Source: Bacteroidota bacterium (GTDB taxonomy: Bacteria; Bacteroidota; Bacteroidia; AKYH767-A; OLB10). From it: a DNA stretch of 64,000 nt. Location of the stretch: assembly GCA_019136655.1 (NCBI GenBank), contig JAGVTU010000024.1, forward strand, positions 259,553-323,552. The letters are read 5' to 3'. The notes beneath the pieces were generated by a model. It was given only the letters and a program-made list of their open reading frames with translations, did not search any database and had not been told where the DNA came from. The position numbers were made by a program, and so were the translations under genes. Each line of letters opens with the position of its first letter. The first letter of the stretch is position 1. This document shows positions 37,194 to 50,761 of the stretch, in pieces.

Positions 37194-37868
37194 CTATTTA
37201 TTGTTCAGTGCTGATTGCACAAAAATAAAATCCTCAGGAAAAGTAATTTTGATATTTGCACGCTCACCCGTGACTGTTGCAATTTTCAATCCCGATTGTT
37301 CCATCAGAGTTGCTTCATCGGTAAATGAAGTAAAATTGCTGTTTTCAAATGCTTTTTTGAGTGCTGATGCATGGAATATCTGAGGTGTCTGTACGATAAA
37401 ATACTGGTCTCTGTCAACTGATTTGTTTTCATCAGCAGTTATTCTTCTTATCGAATCTTTTACCGGAATCACAGGAATGGCATTCCCTTTTGTTGCAGCT
37501 TCATCAAAAATTCTTTCAATGAGTGAAACGGAGATCATTGGCCTTGCAGCATCATGAACTGCGACAAGGGCATCACCGTTCTTAACCATTTTAAGCCCAT
37601 TATAAACCGATAAACTTCTGGTGGCACCACCAATAGTCACTTGGTGTGGTATCTGCATATTATGCTCACGAATCAGCTTATTCCAGTTTTCCTTTTGATC
37701 TTCTGGCAAAACAACTATAATTCCGCTATTGCATTCATGAAATTTTTCAATGGAATAAAAAATTACCGGCTTGCCATTTAAAAGCATAAACTGCTTAGGC
37801 ATTTTGGCATTCATTCGTTGTCCGCTGCCACCTGCAACTATAACTGCTATTCTTTCAGGAGCAGACAT
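37194..37868 (-). CDS. ispD: 2-C-methyl-D-erythritol 4-phosphate cytidylyltransferase
   Basis: 'IAVIVAGGSGQRM', 'VAVHDAARP', 'IVQTPQIF'. Confidence 0.9.
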   Translation of the reverse strand: MSAPERIAVIVAGGSGQRMNAKMPKQFMLLNGKPVIFYSIEKFHECNSGIIVVLPEDQKENWNKLIREHNMQIPHQVTIGGATRSLSVYNGLKMVKNGDALVAVHDAARPMISVSLIERIFDEAATKGNAIPVIPVKDSIRRITADENKSVDRDQYFIVQTPQIFHASALKKAFENSNFTSFTDEATLMEQSGLKIATVTGERANIKITFPEDFIFVQSALNNK

Positions 37869-37886
37869 AGTCTTGAATTAGATCCG

Positions 37887-38936
37887 TTAAATAATCAGCA
37901 TGGCATCGCCATAGCTGTAAAAGCGGTATTTCTCCTTCATAGCCACTTTATATGCATGCATGGTGAGTTCATATCCTGCAAATGCTGATACCATCATCAG
38001 CAACGTAGATTCAGGCATGTGAAAATTTGTAATCATACAGTTGGCTACACTGAAATCATATGGAGGGAAAATAAATTTATTTGTCCATCCCTCAAAAGGT
38101 TTTAACTCGCCTAAGGTAGATACCGAAGACTCCATAGCCCTCATAGTTGTGGTTCCTACGGCACAGATACGCTTTTTGCCGGCTTTGGCTTTATTTACTA
38201 TGTCAACACATTCTGATGGTATTTTAAACCACTCAGAGTCCATTTTATGTTTGGTCAGATCTTCAACCTCTACCGGTCTGAATGTTCCCAAACCAACATG
38301 CAAAGTAAGTTCAGCAAGGTTTATTCCTTTAATTTCAAAACGCTTGAGCAATTGCTTGCTGAAGTGCAGCCCTGCTGTTGGAGCAGCTACAGCTCCTTCA
38401 TTCTTGGCATAAACTGTTTGATATCGTTCTTTGTCTTCAGGCTCAGCTTTGCGCTTAATATATTTAGGCAAAGGTGTGTTTCCAAGTTTTTCAATTACTT
38501 CACGAAAATCAGCGCTCGTACCATCAAAGAGAAAACGCAGCGTGCGACCTCTGGAAGTAGTGTTATCAATTACTTCGGCCACGAGCATATCGTCATCGCC
38601 AAAGTAAAGTTTATTTCCAATACGTATTTTACGTGCGGGATCAACCAAAACATCCCACAACTTACTTTCAGGATTTAACTCACGAAGTAAAAACACTTCG
38701 ATCTTAGCTCCTGTTTTTTCTTTGTTGCCGTAAAGTCGGGCAGGAAACACACGGGTGTTGTTCATCACCAGCACATCACCTTCATCAAAATAATTGATGA
38801 CGTCTTTAAAAATTTTATGCTCTATTTTACCGGTCTTACGGTCAATAACCATCAACCTGCTTTCATCGCGGTTGGCTGTAGGGTGTGTTGCTAAAAGGTT
38901 TTCGTTTAGCCCGAATTTAAATTGTGATAACTTCAT
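37887..38936 (-). CDS. queA: S-adenosylmethionine:tRNA ribosyltransferase-isomerase
   Basis: [19 protein letters not shown]…, '[12 protein letters not shown]', '[15 protein letters not shown]'. Confidence 0.92.
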   Translation of the reverse strand: MKLSQFKFGLNENLLATHPTANRDESRLMVIDRKTGKIEHKIFKDVINYFDEGDVLVMNNTRVFPARLYGNKEKTGAKIEVFLLRELNPESKLWDVLVDPARKIRIGNKLYFGDDDMLVAEVIDNTTSRGRTLRFLFDGTSADFREVIEKLGNTPLPKYIKRKAEPEDKERYQTVYAKNEGAVAAPTAGLHFSKQLLKRFEIKGINLAELTLHVGLGTFRPVEVEDLTKHKMDSEWFKIPSECVDIVNKAKAGKKRICAVGTTTMRAMESSVSTLGELKPFEGWTNKFIFPPYDFSVANCMITNFHMPESTLLMMVSAFAGYELTMHAYKVAMKEKYRFYSYGDAMLII

Positions 38937-39054
38937 AACTGTAATCTTACAGGATTATTTTTTTGAAGGGCGCAAATATAAAGCGTTAAATTGCCTATGG
39001 CTATTTTCACTGACTATTTATCTGATTCCCAATATTAAAATATTTATTTTTATG

Positions 39055-39100
39055 TAAATAAAAGCGACAAACACTGAATGTAACAGCAGCATTTGTCGCT
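39055..39100 (-). terminator. rho-independent terminator after rpoC
   Basis: On the minus strand: AGCGACAAA-(20-nt loop)-TTTGTCGCT followed by TTTTATTT. Confidence 0.55.
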
Positions 39101-39118
39101 TATAAAATATAACGTTAA

Positions 39119-42100
39119 TTACGACTCAATTGTTTCTTCGCTGCTTGATGCTTTTGAAGCCATCAGAAGGTCATACTCTTCCTGTGAACCTACAATCAGT
39201 CGTTCATACTCTCTCAGTCCTGTACCGGCAGGAATCAGATGTCCTACAATCACATTCTCTTTCAATCCTGTGAGGTAATCAATCTTACCGTTGATAGATG
39301 CTTCATTCAACACCTTGGTAGTTTCCTGGAAGGACGCTGCAGAAATCCAGCTCTTGGTATGCAATGATGCCTGAGTAATACCTTGCAGCAGTGGAGCTGA
39401 AGTTGCAGGAATTGCATTACGTGCTTCAATCTCTTTCATATCCTTACGCTTCAATATTGAGTTCTCATCACGCAGTTTACGCAAAGTCACAATCTGACCG
39501 GGACGATATTCTGAATCACCCGGATCTGTTACAACCATCTTATCCATAATCCAGTCATTCTCCTCCATAAATTCAATCTTATTTACGGATTCTTTCTCCA
39601 GGAATCGGGTATCACCTGCATCTTCTATAACTACCTTACGCATCATCTGACGAACAATTACTTCAAAATGTTTGTCATTGATTTTTACACCCTGCAAACG
39701 ATATACCTCCTGTACTTCATTTACCAGATACTCCTGCACCTGTGATGGCCCTTTGATGGCAAGGATATCGGATGGACTGATAGCACCATCTGACAACGGA
39801 GCTCCTGCACGAATGAAGTCATTATCCTGAACCAGTATATGCTTGGATAACGGAACGAGATATTTCTTCACATCACCTTCTTTGGATGTTATGATAATCT
39901 CACGGTTACCTCTCTTAATTCCACCATAAGCAACCACACCGTCAATCTCACTTACCACAGCAGGGTTTGATGGATTACGTGCTTCGAACAATTCAGTAAC
40001 ACGTGGCAGACCGCCTGTGATATCGCCTGATTTTCCACTTGCACGTGTAATTTTCACCAACACTTCTCCTGCTTTAATTTTCTGACCTTCGTTAACTGCA
40101 ATGTGAGCACCAACAGGGATGTTATATGCTTTAACAACTTCTTTCTTGTCGTTTACTATTTTAATTACCGGATTCTTTGTCTTGTCGCGGCTGTCAATAA
40201 CAACTTTCTCTTTATACCCTGTCAACTCATCTGACTCTTCGCGGAAAGTAACTCCTTCTTCGAGATTTTCATAAACAATTTTACCATCAGCTTCGCAAAT
40301 AATAACAGCGTTGTATGGATCCCATTCGCAAATAATATCACCTTTTTTCAGGGTAGCACCACTCTTTACATACAAATGAGCTCCGTAAGGGATATTGTTG
40401 GTTGCAAGTATGGCTTTGGTATTCGGGTCAATGATTTTGAATTCACCTGAACGGCCTACTACAACATCAACTTTCTTATCACCATCTTTGAATGGAATTG
40501 TTCTCATTTCTTCGAGTTCAACAACACCACCGAATTTTGCTTCGTGACGAGATTCAGAAGCTCCTTTGGAAGCAACACCACCCACGTGGAACGTACGCAG
40601 TGTAAGCTGGGTTCCCGGTTCTCCGATTGACTGTGCTGCAATAACACCCACAGCTTCTCCTTTCTGAACCATTCTGCCTGTTGCAAGGTTACGTCCGTAA
40701 CATTTTGCACATACACCCTGCTTGGATTCACAGGTAAGTACCGATCTTATTTCAACTGCCTCTAAAGGTGAATCTTCAATTTTATCTGCAATGTGTTCGA
40801 TGATTTCTTCACCCGCACGAACAATAAGTTCGCCTGTAAGCGGATGATAAATATCGTGACATGATACACGTCCTAAAATTCTGTCGTGAAGTGATTCTAC
40901 AATCTCTTCCTGATTCTTCAACGCTGTTTCAGAAAGTCCACGAAGTGTTCCACAATCTTCATCAGTAATAATTACATCCTGTGCAACGTCCACAAGCCTT
41001 CTTGTAAGATAACCGGCATCAGCAGTTTTCAAAGCTGTATCGGCAAGACCTTTACGTGCACCGTGTGTAGAGATGAAGTACTCAAGAATTGAAAGACCTT
41101 CTTTGAAATTTGAAAGAATCGGGTTCTCAATAATCTCTCCTCCTGTTGCTCCTGACTTCTGAGGTTTCGCCATCAATCCCCTCATACCACCTAACTGACG
41201 AATCTGTTCTTTAGAACCACGAGCACCTGAATCAAGCATCATATATACTGCATTGAAACCTTGCTTGTCTGCAACAAGTTGTTTCATCAGCGTTTCAGTG
41301 ATACGTGTATTGGTACGTGTCCAGATATCAATAATCTGATTGTAACGTTCGTTGTTGGTGATGAATCCCATGTTGTAATTGCTTCTCACCTCTTCAACCT
41401 CTTCCTGTGCTTTGGCAACAAGTTCTGTTTTTGCTGCAGGAATCAACACATCGTTCAGGTTGAATGACAATCCACCTTTAAACGCCATCTTGAATCCAAG
41501 ATCTTTAATATCATCCAGGAATCGTGCTGTTTGTGCAATACCGCAGGTTTTTAAAACCTTGCTGATGATATCGCGCAATGCTTTCTTGGTTAATACATCG
41601 TTGATATAACCGGCTTCGCGCGGAACAACTTCATTGAACAATACACGTCCAACAGTAGTTTCAATCAAACGTTTTACGACAACTCCTTCTTCCTTTACAA
41701 AAGTTTTTACTTTAATGAAAGCATGTAAATCAACACGTCCTTCGTTGTAAGCAATTGTAACTTCTTCAGGAGAGTAAAACACTGAACCTTCTCCTTTTAC
41801 TTTCTCCTTGTCGGTTGTCTTCTTTCCCTTGGTCATGTAATACAATCCAAGTACCATGTCCTGAGAAGGAACGGTAATTGGAGCACCATTGGCAGGATTT
41901 AATATATTATGTGATGCAAGCATCAGCATTTGTGCTTCAAGAATTGCAGCGTTTCCTAACGGAACGTGCACAGCCATCTGGTCACCGTCAAAGTCTGCGT
42001 TGAAAGCTGTACACACCAACGGATGCAACTGAATAGCTTTACCCTCGATAAGTTTTGGCTGGAATGCCTGAATACCCAAACGGTGAAGTGTAGGAGCACG

Positions 42101-43414
42101 GTTGAGTAATACAGGATGTCCTTTGAGTACGTTTTCAAGAATATCCCAAACGATGGCATCTTTTCTGTCAACTATTTTCTTAGCTGACTTCACTGTTTTT
42201 ACAATACCTCTTTCAATCAGTTTACGAATGATAAACGGCTTGAACAATTCAGCAGCCATATCCTTTGGCAATCCACACTCATGCAGTTTCAACTCAGGTC
42301 CAACAACAATTACTGAACGTGCAGAATAGTCAACACGTTTACCTAGCAGATTCTGACGGAAACGTCCTTGCTTACCTTTCAGTGAATCTGAAAGTGATTT
42401 CAGTGCACGGTTTGATTCTGTTTTTACAGCATTCACTTTACGTGAGTTGTCAAACAGTGAGTCAACAGCTTCCTGAAGCATACGTTTTTCGTTACGTAAG
42501 ATAACATCAGGAGCTTTTATTTCAAGTAATCGTTTCAAACGGTTGTTTCTGATGATTACCCTGCGGTATAAATCATTCAGGTCAGAAGTTGCAAAACGTC
42601 CTCCATCCAATGGAACCAACGGACGAAGTTCAGGTGGTATTACAGGTACAACTTTTACAATCATCCACTCAGGACGATTTTCTATGTTCTGATTGGCATT
42701 ACGAAACGCTTCTACTACATTCAATCGCTTCAATGCTTCGTTCTTACGTTGCTGCGAAGTTTCGTTGCTTGCCTGATGACGCAGTTTATATGATAACTCA
42801 TCCAGATTAAGTCGGGACAACAATTCATATAATGCATCAGCACCCATCTTAGCAATAAATTTGTTGGGGTCTGTATCATCCAGATGCTGATTTTCTTTTG
42901 GAAGTGCATCCAGTATGTTCAGGTATTCTTCTTCAGTAAGGAAGTCGAGATAGTTGATTCCATCCTGAGCTTTAATACCAGGCTGAATGACTACATAGCG
43001 CTCATAATAAATGATGAGGTCGAGTTTCTTGGTAGGTAATCCAAGCAGATAACCAATTTTGTTAGGTAACGAACGGAAATACCAGATATGAGCAACAGGC
43101 ACTACCAACTGGATGTGTCCCATACGCTCTCTTCTTACTTTTTTCTCAGTTACTTCAACACCGCAACGGTCGCAAACGATACCTTTATAACGAATACGTT
43201 TGTATTTTCCGCAATGACATTCCCAGTCTTTTACAGGACCGAAAATACGCTCGCAGAACAAACCATCACGTTCAGGTTTATAAGTTCTATAGTTGATTGT
43301 TTCAGGCTTTAATACTTCTCCGCTTGACTGCTCAAGAATATGCTCCGGTGAAGCAAGACTGATAATAATCTTGGAGAAGTTGCTTTTTATTTTTGTATCG
43401 CGCTTTAATGCCAT
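39119..43414 (-). CDS. rpoC: DNA-directed RNA polymerase subunit beta'
   Basis: 1431 aa with the '[14 protein letters not shown]' catalytic motif, an N-terminal zinc-binding CxxC…CxxC, and a trigger loop. Confidence 0.98.
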   Translation of the reverse strand: MALKRDTKIKSNFSKIIISLASPEHILEQSSGEVLKPETINYRTYKPERDGLFCERIFGPVKDWECHCGKYKRIRYKGIVCDRCGVEVTEKKVRRERMGHIQLVVPVAHIWYFRSLPNKIGYLLGLPTKKLDLIIYYERYVVIQPGIKAQDGINYLDFLTEEEYLNILDALPKENQHLDDTDPNKFIAKMGADALYELLSRLNLDELSYKLRHQASNETSQQRKNEALKRLNVVEAFRNANQNIENRPEWMIVKVVPVIPPELRPLVPLDGGRFATSDLNDLYRRVIIRNNRLKRLLEIKAPDVILRNEKRMLQEAVDSLFDNSRKVNAVKTESNRALKSLSDSLKGKQGRFRQNLLGKRVDYSARSVIVVGPELKLHECGLPKDMAAELFKPFIIRKLIERGIVKTVKSAKKIVDRKDAIVWDILENVLKGHPVLLNRAPTLHRLGIQAFQPKLIEGKAIQLHPLVCTAFNADFDGDQMAVHVPLGNAAILEAQMLMLASHNILNPANGAPITVPSQDMVLGLYYMTKGKKTTDKEKVKGEGSVFYSPEEVTIAYNEGRVDLHAFIKVKTFVKEEGVVVKRLIETTVGRVLFNEVVPREAGYINDVLTKKALRDIISKVLKTCGIAQTARFLDDIKDLGFKMAFKGGLSFNLNDVLIPAAKTELVAKAQEEVEEVRSNYNMGFITNNERYNQIIDIWTRTNTRITETLMKQLVADKQGFNAVYMMLDSGARGSKEQIRQLGGMRGLMAKPQKSGATGGEIIENPILSNFKEGLSILEYFISTHGARKGLADTALKTADAGYLTRRLVDVAQDVIITDEDCGTLRGLSETALKNQEEIVESLHDRILGRVSCHDIYHPLTGELIVRAGEEIIEHIADKIEDSPLEAVEIRSVLTCESKQGVCAKCYGRNLATGRMVQKGEAVGVIAAQSIGEPGTQLTLRTFHVGGVASKGASESRHEAKFGGVVELEEMRTIPFKDGDKKVDVVVGRSGEFKIIDPNTKAILATNNIPYGAHLYVKSGATLKKGDIICEWDPYNAVIICEADGKIVYENLEEGVTFREESDELTGYKEKVVIDSRDKTKNPVIKIVNDKKEVVKAYNIPVGAHIAVNEGQKIKAGEVLVKITRASGKSGDITGGLPRVTELFEARNPSNPAVVSEIDGVVAYGGIKRGNREIIITSKEGDVKKYLVPLSKHILVQDNDFIRAGAPLSDGAISPSDILAIKGPSQVQEYLVNEVQEVYRLQGVKINDKHFEVIVRQMMRKVVIEDAGDTRFLEKESVNKIEFMEENDWIMDKMVVTDPGDSEYRPGQIVTLRKLRDENSILKRKDMKEIEARNAIPATSAPLLQGITQASLHTKSWISAASFQETTKVLNEASINGKIDYLTGLKENVIVGHLIPAGTGLREYERLIVGSQEEYDLLMASKASSSEETIES

Positions 43415-43489
43415 TTTATTTTTTTTATTTTTTTTAACTGTTGTTATTTAAATCCGCAGATGAAGTGTTTCACCTCATCTGCGAATTAA

Positions 43490-46400
43490 TTAGTCAAGAG
43501 TAATTTTTAATCCTAAACCGCGCAATTCATGCAATAACACGTTGAATGATTCCGGAATTCCCGGTGTTGGCATGTTATCACCTTTAACAATTGCCTCGTA
43601 AGCTTTTGCTCTTCCCATTACGTCATCCGATTTCACGGTAAGCAATTCCTGAAGGATATTGGATGCACCGAATGCTTCAAGAGCCCACACCTCCATCTCA
43701 CCAAATCGCTGACCACCAAACTGTGCTTTACCACCGAGAGGTTGTTGCGTAATGAGTGAGTAAGGTCCGATTGAACGGGCGTGCATTTTGTCATCCACCA
43801 TGTGACCCAGTTTAAGCATATAGATGATACCTACAGTTGCAGGCTGGTCAAAACGTTCTCCGGTACCACCATCAGTCAGGTAAGTCGAACCGAATTTTGG
43901 CAATCCTGCTTTTTCGATATAGGATTCTATCTCCTCATGATTGGCTCCATCGAATATTGGTGTGGCAAATTTTACACCCAGTTTCTTCCCTGCCCATCCA
44001 AGAACAGTTTCATAAATCTGACCGAGGTTCATACGTGAAGGTACACCCAGCGGATTAAGAACAATGTCAACCGGAGTTCCGTCAGCAAGGAAAGGCATTT
44101 CTTCTTCGCGTACAATTTTTGCAACGATACCTTTGTTACCATGTCGTCCCGCCATTTTATCACCCACTGTAAGTTTACGTTTCTTGGCAATATACACTTT
44201 GGCAAGTTGCATAATACCAGCAGGTAATTCATCACCTACCTGAACAGCAAACTTCTTGCGCTTATACGACCCGATGATATCATTCATGCGGATATTATAA
44301 TTGTGCAACAGTTCTTTTATCTGATCATTGCGATCTTTATCAGTAGTCCATTTGTTTGCGTTGATATTATTGTAGTCTAATTCCTGCAACATCTTCAGCG
44401 TAAATTTGCTTCCTTTCGGAATTACAAATTCTTTATAGATGTCCATCACGCCCTGAGATGTTTTTCCGTTAACAAGTACAAATAATTTTTCAACCAGTTT
44501 TGATTTCAGGACAGCAAGATCTTTTGCCTGCTCATCATCAAACTTTGAAATGATTGCTTTGTCATCGGTTTTCGAATTTTTGTCTTTTACTGCGCGTGAG
44601 AAAAGTTTCTTGTCAATCACCACTCCTTTTACGGATGGAGGAAGTTTCAGCGAAGCATCTTTTACGTCACCTGCTTTGTCACCAAAGATTGCACGCAAAA
44701 GTTTTTCTTCCGGTGAAGGATCTGTTTCTCCTTTAGGAGTAATCTTTCCAATGATGATATCACCTTCTTTTACTTCAGCACCTACGCGTATCAAACCATT
44801 CTCATCAAGGTCGCGTGTAGCTTCTTCGCTCACGTTAGGGATATCTGCAGTAAGTTCTTCCAAACCTCTCTTGGTATCGCGTACTTCAAGGGTATATTCA
44901 TCCACATGAATAGAAGTGAATATATCATCACGAACTACTTTCTCAGAAATCACAATAGCATCCTCAAAGTTATTTCCTTTCCAGGGCATGAATGCTACCA
45001 TCAGGTTACGTCCCAAAGCCAATTCTCCGTCTCTGGTTGCATAACCTTCTGAAAGTACCTGACCTGCTTTTACTTTCTCTCCCTTCTTTACGATAGGACG
45101 AAGGTTGATACAGGTGCTCTGATTTGTTTTTTGGAATTTAGTCAGATGATAAACTTTTACATCTTCTTCAAACGACAACAATTTTTCGTCATCGGTGCGG
45201 ATGCTGCGTACATGTATTTCGTTGGCATCAACATATTCTACCACTCCATCATATTCAGCATTTACAAGTACACGTGAGTCGCGCACAACCTGTCCTTCAA
45301 GACCTGTACCTACTACAGGAGCTTCAGGACGCATCAATGGCACTGCCTGACGTTGCATGTTCGATCCCATGAGTGCACGGTTGGCATCGTCATGTTCGAG
45401 GAACGGAATGAGTGATGCAGCAATGGATGCAATCTGGTTTGGAGCTACGTCCATCAGATGCAGATGTTCAGGTTCTACTTCAGGGAAATCACCCTCATAG
45501 CGTGCTTTCACACGGGCATCCTGAAAGTTTCCTGACGCATCAATGTGAGCATTTGCCTGAGCAATTACTTTATTGTCCTCTTCTTCCGCAGTCAAAAATA
45601 CCGGTGGGCGTTCCAAATCTACCTTGCCGTTTTCAATCACACGATAAGGTGTTTCTATAAAGCCCAGATTATTAATTTTAGCAAACACACACAGCGAAGA
45701 AATCAAACCGATGTTTGGTCCTTCAGGTGTTTCAATGGTACATAAGCGGCCATAGTGTGTATAGTGTACGTCACGCACCTCGAATCCTGCACGCTCGCGT
45801 GAGAGACCTCCGGGTCCAAGGGCAGAAAGCCTGCGCTTGTGGGTTATCTCTGCCAATGGATTGGTTTGATCCATGAACTGTGATAACTGGTTAGTTCCGA
45901 AGAATGAGTTGATAACAGATGACAATGTCTTGGCATTGATCAGATCTGCAGGTGTAAACACTTCGCTGTCGCGAACATTCATACGCTCGCGGATAGTACG
46001 TGCCATACGTGACAGACCTACACCAAACTGAGAGTATAACTGCTCACCTACTGTACGCACACGTCTGTTGCTGAGGTGGTCAATATCGTCCACATCGGCT
46101 TTGGAGTTGATAAGCTGTATAAGGTATTTGATGATAAGGATAATATCTTCCTTGGTCAGCACCTTCACATCTTCAGGCGTATGCAGGTCCAGTTTTTTAT
46201 TAATTCTGTAACGGCCTACTTCTCCTAAATCGTAACGTTTGTCGGAGAAGAATAATTTTTCAATGATACCGCGTGCAGTTTCATAATCCGGTGGTTCCGC
46301 ATTACGCAACTGACGGTAAATATGTTCAACCGCTTCTTTTTCAGAGTTGGAAGTATCTTTCTGAAGCGTGTTGTAGATGATGGCAAAATCAGCTGAATTA

Positions 46401-47317
46401 CCATCTTCTTTGTGGAGAATAATTGATTTTACTCCTGCATCAATGATCAGGTCAATATGATGATCTTCCAGAATAATTTCTCTTTCCAGAATAATCTCAT
46501 TACGTTCAATGGATACAACTTCACCGGTATCTTCGTCCACAAAATCCTCCACCCACGATTTAAGAACCCTTGCAGCAAGTTTACGTCCTACATGCGACTT
46601 CAAACCTGACTTGCTTACCTTCACTTCATCAGCGAGGCCAAAAATTTCGAGAATTTGTTTATCACTCTCAAAACCAATTGCACGTAACAGAGTTGTTACC
46701 GGGAATTTCTTTTTACGGTCAATGTATGCATACATGACATTGTTGATGTCAGTAGCAAACTCAATCCATGATCCTTTGAATGGAATTACACGGGCTGAAT
46801 ATAATTTGGTTCCGTTGGCATGGCGGCTTTGTCCGAAGAATACTCCGGGTGAACGGTGCAACTGTGATACAATTACACGCTCAGCACCATTGATAACGAA
46901 TGTACCTTTAGGAGTCATGTAGGGGATGGTTCCCAGATATACATCCTGAATGATGGTTTCAAAATCTTCGTGTTCAGGATCGGTACAGTACAGTTTAAGT
47001 TTCGCTTTTAACGGAACACTGTGAGTAAGTCCGCGCTCCAGACATTCCTGTATGGAATAACGTGGAGGGTCTATGAAATAATCCAAAAACTCAAGCACGA
47101 AGTTGTTTCGTGAATCTGTTATCGGAAAATTTTCAGCAAATACTTTGTAAAGTCCTTCGTTCTGACGGTTGTCAGAAGTTGTTTCAATCTGGAAGAAATC
47201 CTGAAACGACTTTAATTGTATATCAAGAAAGTCAGGATAGTCTATCAGGTTTTTATTCTTAGAGAAGTTTATTCTTTTTGATCCGCCTTTATCTGACGTT
47301 GTAGTGATTGCAGCCAA
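43490..47317 (-). CDS. rpoB: DNA-directed RNA polymerase subunit beta
   Basis: 1275 aa; contains the rifampicin cluster region '[34 protein letters not shown]'. Confidence 0.98.
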   Translation of the reverse strand: MAAITTTSDKGGSKRINFSKNKNLIDYPDFLDIQLKSFQDFFQIETTSDNRQNEGLYKVFAENFPITDSRNNFVLEFLDYFIDPPRYSIQECLERGLTHSVPLKAKLKLYCTDPEHEDFETIIQDVYLGTIPYMTPKGTFVINGAERVIVSQLHRSPGVFFGQSRHANGTKLYSARVIPFKGSWIEFATDINNVMYAYIDRKKKFPVTTLLRAIGFESDKQILEIFGLADEVKVSKSGLKSHVGRKLAARVLKSWVEDFVDEDTGEVVSIERNEIILEREIILEDHHIDLIIDAGVKSIILHKEDGNSADFAIIYNTLQKDTSNSEKEAVEHIYRQLRNAEPPDYETARGIIEKLFFSDKRYDLGEVGRYRINKKLDLHTPEDVKVLTKEDIILIIKYLIQLINSKADVDDIDHLSNRRVRTVGEQLYSQFGVGLSRMARTIRERMNVRDSEVFTPADLINAKTLSSVINSFFGTNQLSQFMDQTNPLAEITHKRRLSALGPGGLSRERAGFEVRDVHYTHYGRLCTIETPEGPNIGLISSLCVFAKINNLGFIETPYRVIENGKVDLERPPVFLTAEEEDNKVIAQANAHIDASGNFQDARVKARYEGDFPEVEPEHLHLMDVAPNQIASIAASLIPFLEHDDANRALMGSNMQRQAVPLMRPEAPVVGTGLEGQVVRDSRVLVNAEYDGVVEYVDANEIHVRSIRTDDEKLLSFEEDVKVYHLTKFQKTNQSTCINLRPIVKKGEKVKAGQVLSEGYATRDGELALGRNLMVAFMPWKGNNFEDAIVISEKVVRDDIFTSIHVDEYTLEVRDTKRGLEELTADIPNVSEEATRDLDENGLIRVGAEVKEGDIIIGKITPKGETDPSPEEKLLRAIFGDKAGDVKDASLKLPPSVKGVVIDKKLFSRAVKDKNSKTDDKAIISKFDDEQAKDLAVLKSKLVEKLFVLVNGKTSQGVMDIYKEFVIPKGSKFTLKMLQELDYNNINANKWTTDKDRNDQIKELLHNYNIRMNDIIGSYKRKKFAVQVGDELPAGIMQLAKVYIAKKRKLTVGDKMAGRHGNKGIVAKIVREEEMPFLADGTPVDIVLNPLGVPSRMNLGQIYETVLGWAGKKLGVKFATPIFDGANHEEIESYIEKAGLPKFGSTYLTDGGTGERFDQPATVGIIYMLKLGHMVDDKMHARSIGPYSLITQQPLGGKAQFGGQRFGEMEVWALEAFGASNILQELLTVKSDDVMGRAKAYEAIVKGDNMPTPGIPESFNVLLHELRGLGLKITLD

Positions 47318-47382
47318 GTGATTATTATTTTAAATTGATTTCAATCAAAATTTTAATTTTTTCCATCCTCAAACTGATGGCA

Positions 47383-47423
47383 CGAAAAGGGGTATAGGCC
47401 TCCCCGAAAACGGAAAGGCCTAT
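47383..47423 (-). terminator. rplL-rpoB intergenic attenuator/partial terminator hairpin
   Basis: On the minus strand: ATAGGCC-tttCCGttttCGGgga-GGCCTAT compound hairpin followed by ACCCCTTTTCG. Confidence 0.45.
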
Positions 47424-47444
47424 GATTGTTTTATCGTTGAAATA

Positions 47445-47825
47445 TTACTTAATTTCAACTTCAGCACCGGCTTCTTCAAGTTGTTGCTTGATTGAATTTG
47501 CTTCTTCTTTAGAAACTCCTTCTTTAACCGGTTTCGGAGCGCCATCTACAAGATCTTTAGCTTCTTTCAGGCCAAGTCCGCTCAATTCTTTTACCAATTT
47601 CACTACTGCAAGTTTTGCGTTTCCGCCTGACTTCAGAATTACATCAAAAGATGTTTTTTCTTCAGCAGCAGCTCCTCCGGCAGCAGCGCCACCACCTGCT
47701 ACCATTACAGGTGCTGCAGCAGCAGGCTCAATGCCGTACTTGTCTTTTAGAATGGTTGAAAGTTCCTGAACTTCTTTAACAGTAAGGTTTACTAACTGTT
47801 CTGCGAATGCATTTAAATCTGCCAT
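47445..47825 (-). CDS. rplL: 50S ribosomal protein L7/L12
   Basis: [22 protein letters not shown]…, Ala/Gly hinge, C-terminal '[13 protein letters not shown]…[10 protein letters not shown]'. Confidence 0.97.
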   Translation of the reverse strand: MADLNAFAEQLVNLTVKEVQELSTILKDKYGIEPAAAAPVMVAGGGAAAGGAAAEEKTSFDVILKSGGNAKLAVVKLVKELSGLGLKEAKDLVDGAPKPVKEGVSKEEANSIKQQLEEAGAEVEIK

Positions 47826-47896
47826 TTTATTAATTTTTAATTTGTTTTAAAATTTGATAATTATAGTTATAGTGTAAGATTCGAAAGGTGGAAGCT

Positions 47897-48421
47897 TTAT
47901 GAACCCTTTTCTTCTAACGTCTTGAGAATGCCGGCTAACTTGCTTCCGCTCGACTGAAGCTGAGAAACAACATTTTTGGCCGGTGATTGTAACAATGCAA
48001 TTACTTCTGCAATCAACTCATTCTTAGATTTCAGATTTGCCAGAGTGTCTATCTGGTTATCGCCAATAAACAATGATGAGTCAATCCATGCAGCTTTTAT
48101 TGCAGGAATGGAATCCTTCGCGCGGAATTCCTTAATCAGTTTTGCAGGCACATTGGATACTTCGCTGAACATGATAGCTGATGTACCTTTTAAAGTAGGT
48201 ATCAGTGATTCATAAGCGTTGGCATCTAATTTCTGCAATGCTTTTTTGATAAGATTATTTTTTGCAACGCGCAATTTTACATTCTTATTAAAGCATAATC
48301 TGCGCAGTTTGGAAGTCTTGTCGCTGTCCAGATTTTCTACATTGGTAATGTAGAAATTCGGGAATTGCGTAAACTGCTGTGCAAGGCTTTCTATTTCTAA
48401 ATTTTTTTCGTCTCTTGTCAT
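47897..48421 (-). CDS. rplJ: 50S ribosomal protein L10
   Basis: 174 aa, L10 family; sits between rplA and rplL. Confidence 0.95.
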   Translation of the reverse strand: MTRDEKNLEIESLAQQFTQFPNFYITNVENLDSDKTSKLRRLCFNKNVKLRVAKNNLIKKALQKLDANAYESLIPTLKGTSAIMFSEVSNVPAKLIKEFRAKDSIPAIKAAWIDSSLFIGDNQIDTLANLKSKNELIAEVIALLQSPAKNVVSQLQSSGSKLAGILKTLEEKGS

Positions 48422-48449
48422 TTTACAAATGTTTTAATGGTTATTACTG

Positions 48450-49145
48450 TTAACCTGCAATGGATTTGGTATCTACCTTAATTCCCGGGCTCATGGTGCT
48501 GCTCATTGATACACTTTTTACATAAGCACCTTTAGCCGAAGAAGGTTTCAGCTTGATAATGGTTTGTATCAGTTCGTTTGCATTCTCATAAATTTTGTTT
48601 GCATCAAACGACACTTTTCCAACTGAAGCATGTATGATTCCTGTTTTGTCAACCTTGAAATCAATTTTACCTCCTTTTACATCGGCAACTGCTTTTCCAA
48701 TATCATTGGTAACAGTTCCGGTTTTAGGATTTGGCATCAGGTTGCGAGGTCCGAGAACCCGTCCTAATTTACCCACCTTAGCCATTACTGCAGGCATGGT
48801 GATAACAACATCCATATCAACCCATCCCTGTTCAATTTTGGTAATGTACTCGTCCAGACCAACATAATCAGCTCCGGCAGCTTTTGCCTCCGCTTCTTTA
48901 TCAGGTGTGCAAAGCACAAGTACTTTCACTGTCTTACCTGTACCATGAGGTAATGTAACAATACCACGTACCATTTGGTTTGCCTTGCGCGGATCTACTC
49001 CCAGGCGAACACTCACATCCACAGATGCGTCAAACTTGGTAAAGGTGATGTCTTTTACAATTTTGGAAGCGTCCTGCAGCGTGTACATTTTTTCGCTGTC
49101 ATACTTCCCGGTAACCAGTTTCTGGTTTTTTGTAAGTTTTGCCAT
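48450..49145 (-). CDS. rplA: 50S ribosomal protein L1
   Basis: [11 protein letters not shown]…, 'GTGKTVKV', '[10 protein letters not shown]'. Confidence 0.97.
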   Translation of the reverse strand: MAKLTKNQKLVTGKYDSEKMYTLQDASKIVKDITFTKFDASVDVSVRLGVDPRKANQMVRGIVTLPHGTGKTVKVLVLCTPDKEAEAKAAGADYVGLDEYITKIEQGWVDMDVVITMPAVMAKVGKLGRVLGPRNLMPNPKTGTVTNDIGKAVADVKGGKIDFKVDKTGIIHASVGKVSFDANKIYENANELIQTIIKLKPSSAKGAYVKSVSMSSTMSPGIKVDTKSIAG

Positions 49146-49219
49146 TTTATTTTATTTGTGAAGTACAAACGTTTCGTTTAGCGAAACTCCTTCTGTTAAT
49201 TAATTATTTTTTGTTGCTA

Positions 49220-49657
49220 TTAATAAGGTTTTTCGCCTTCAATAGCAATTCCAAGACTGCGTGCAGTACCTGCAACCATGCTCATTGCCGCTTCAATTGT
49301 AAAGCAGTTTAAGTCAGGCATTTTATCCTGAGCAATTGCTTTTACCTGATCCCATTTTACCGTTCCTGCTTTTTTACGATTCGATTCAGCTGAACCGCTT
49401 TTTACTTTAGCAGCTTCCAGTAACTGAACTGATACCGGTGGACGCTTGATGATAAAATCAAACGACTTGTCTGTATATACGGTAATGATCACAGGAAGAA
49501 CTTTTCCTGCCTGATCCTGTGTACGGGCATTAAACTGTTTGCAGAACTCCATAATGTTCACACCCTTAGCTCCCAGTGCGGGGCCAATAGGAGGTGCGGG
49601 ATTTGCTGCTCCGCCTTTTACCTGTAACTTTATTAGTGCTCCTACTTCTTTTGCCAT
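49220..49657 (-). CDS. rplK: 50S ribosomal protein L11
   Basis: [29 protein letters not shown]. Confidence 0.97.
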   Translation of the reverse strand: MAKEVGALIKLQVKGGAANPAPPIGPALGAKGVNIMEFCKQFNARTQDQAGKVLPVIITVYTDKSFDFIIKRPPVSVQLLEAAKVKSGSAESNRKKAGTVKWDQVKAIAQDKMPDLNCFTIEAAMSMVAGTARSLGIAIEGEKPY

Positions 49658-49758
49658 TTTATTTGTTTTTTAAATCAACTTGTGAAGTGCCTGTGTATTT
49701 AAAATTTTCTACAGTGGAAGCCTGTTACTTTTAAATCAGTTTTACTTCGTATAATGTT

Positions 49759-50310
49759 TTATTCTTTTTCTACCTGCATATAGCTAAGCTCCAGCGGAGT
49801 TTTACGTCCGAATATCTTAACCATAACTTTCAGTTTCTTTTTATCTTCATACACCTCTTCAATCACTCCTGAGAAACTGTTGAAAGGTCCATCTGTTACT
49901 TTCACTGATTCACCTACCACAAAAGGAATATTCAATACCTCTTCTGAATCGGCCAACTCATCTACCTTTCCTAAAATTCTGTTCACCTCAGACTGGCGCA
50001 ATGGTGTTGGAGCCTCACCTTTCGGACCTAAAAAGCTGATAACTCCTGTAATATTTTCAATAATATGTGGCATCTCACCTGTCAAATTAGCCTCTATAAG
50101 CACATAACCCGGCAAGTAGCTGCGATCCTTACTTACTTTTTTTCCGTCTTTTATTTTATACACCTTCTCAGTTGGGATAAGCACCTGAGCAATATCGTTC
50201 TTCCATCCCTGATGTTCGATTTCAGACTCGATATACTCCTTCACCTTCTTTTCCTTTCCACTGATGGCACGTATAACGTACCATTTTTTTCCTGTCTCTG
50301 TCATCTGCAT
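49759..50310 (-). CDS. nusG: transcription termination/antitermination factor NusG
   Basis: 'KKWYVIRAISGKEKKV' NGN domain plus a C-terminal KOW ('VGESVKVTDGPFNSFSGVI'). Confidence 0.95.
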   Translation of the reverse strand: MQMTETGKKWYVIRAISGKEKKVKEYIESEIEHQGWKNDIAQVLIPTEKVYKIKDGKKVSKDRSYLPGYVLIEANLTGEMPHIIENITGVISFLGPKGEAPTPLRQSEVNRILGKVDELADSEEVLNIPFVVGESVKVTDGPFNSFSGVIEEVYEDKKKLKVMVKIFGRKTPLELSYMQVEKE

Positions 50311-50315
50311 TCTAA

Positions 50316-50507
50316 TTAAAATAATTTATACAGCATATTCATAAACCCTTGCGACAGGAAGTCCATGAAAAAAATAATCAACCCAAAGATTAACGAAGCT
50401 ATCAGCACTACAATAGCGCTGCTTTGAAGCTCCGGCCACGTAGGCCATGCTACCTTGGTAGTAAGTTCCAGATAAGATTCGCGTACGTATGCTTTGATTT
50501 TCTTCAT
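50316..50507 (-). CDS. secE: preprotein translocase subunit SecE
   Basis: 63 aa with a single C-terminal TM, 'KVAWPTWPEL'; lies between tRNA-Trp and nusG. Confidence 0.85.
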   Translation of the reverse strand: MKKIKAYVRESYLELTTKVAWPTWPELQSSAIVVLIASLIFGLIIFFMDFLSQGFMNMLYKLF

Positions 50508-50573
50508 TTATTTTAATAAAATTACGTCAACTATTGATTTGACTTCTGGTTTCAACCTTGTGTTCTCCTTCTG

Positions 50574-50644
50574 CACGAGTGGAGAGATTCGAACTCCCAT
50601 CAACGGTTTTGGAGACCGCTATTCTACCCTTGAACTACACTCGT
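50574..50644 (-). tRNA. tRNA-Trp (anticodon CCA)
   Basis: Reverse complement folds as acceptor ACGAGTG/CACTCGT, anticodon loop CTCCAAA, T-loop TTCGAAT. Canonical position upstream of secE. Confidence 0.9.
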
Positions 50645-50761
50645 AATTTAAAGATAATTAAATTCCGGTCTCCGGCAGGTTCGAATTTTTCCGTCACCTG
50701 ATTTTGTTCCGGTTTCAAATCAGTCCCGAGTTTACCTCAGGACTGATTCTGACCGTTACAA

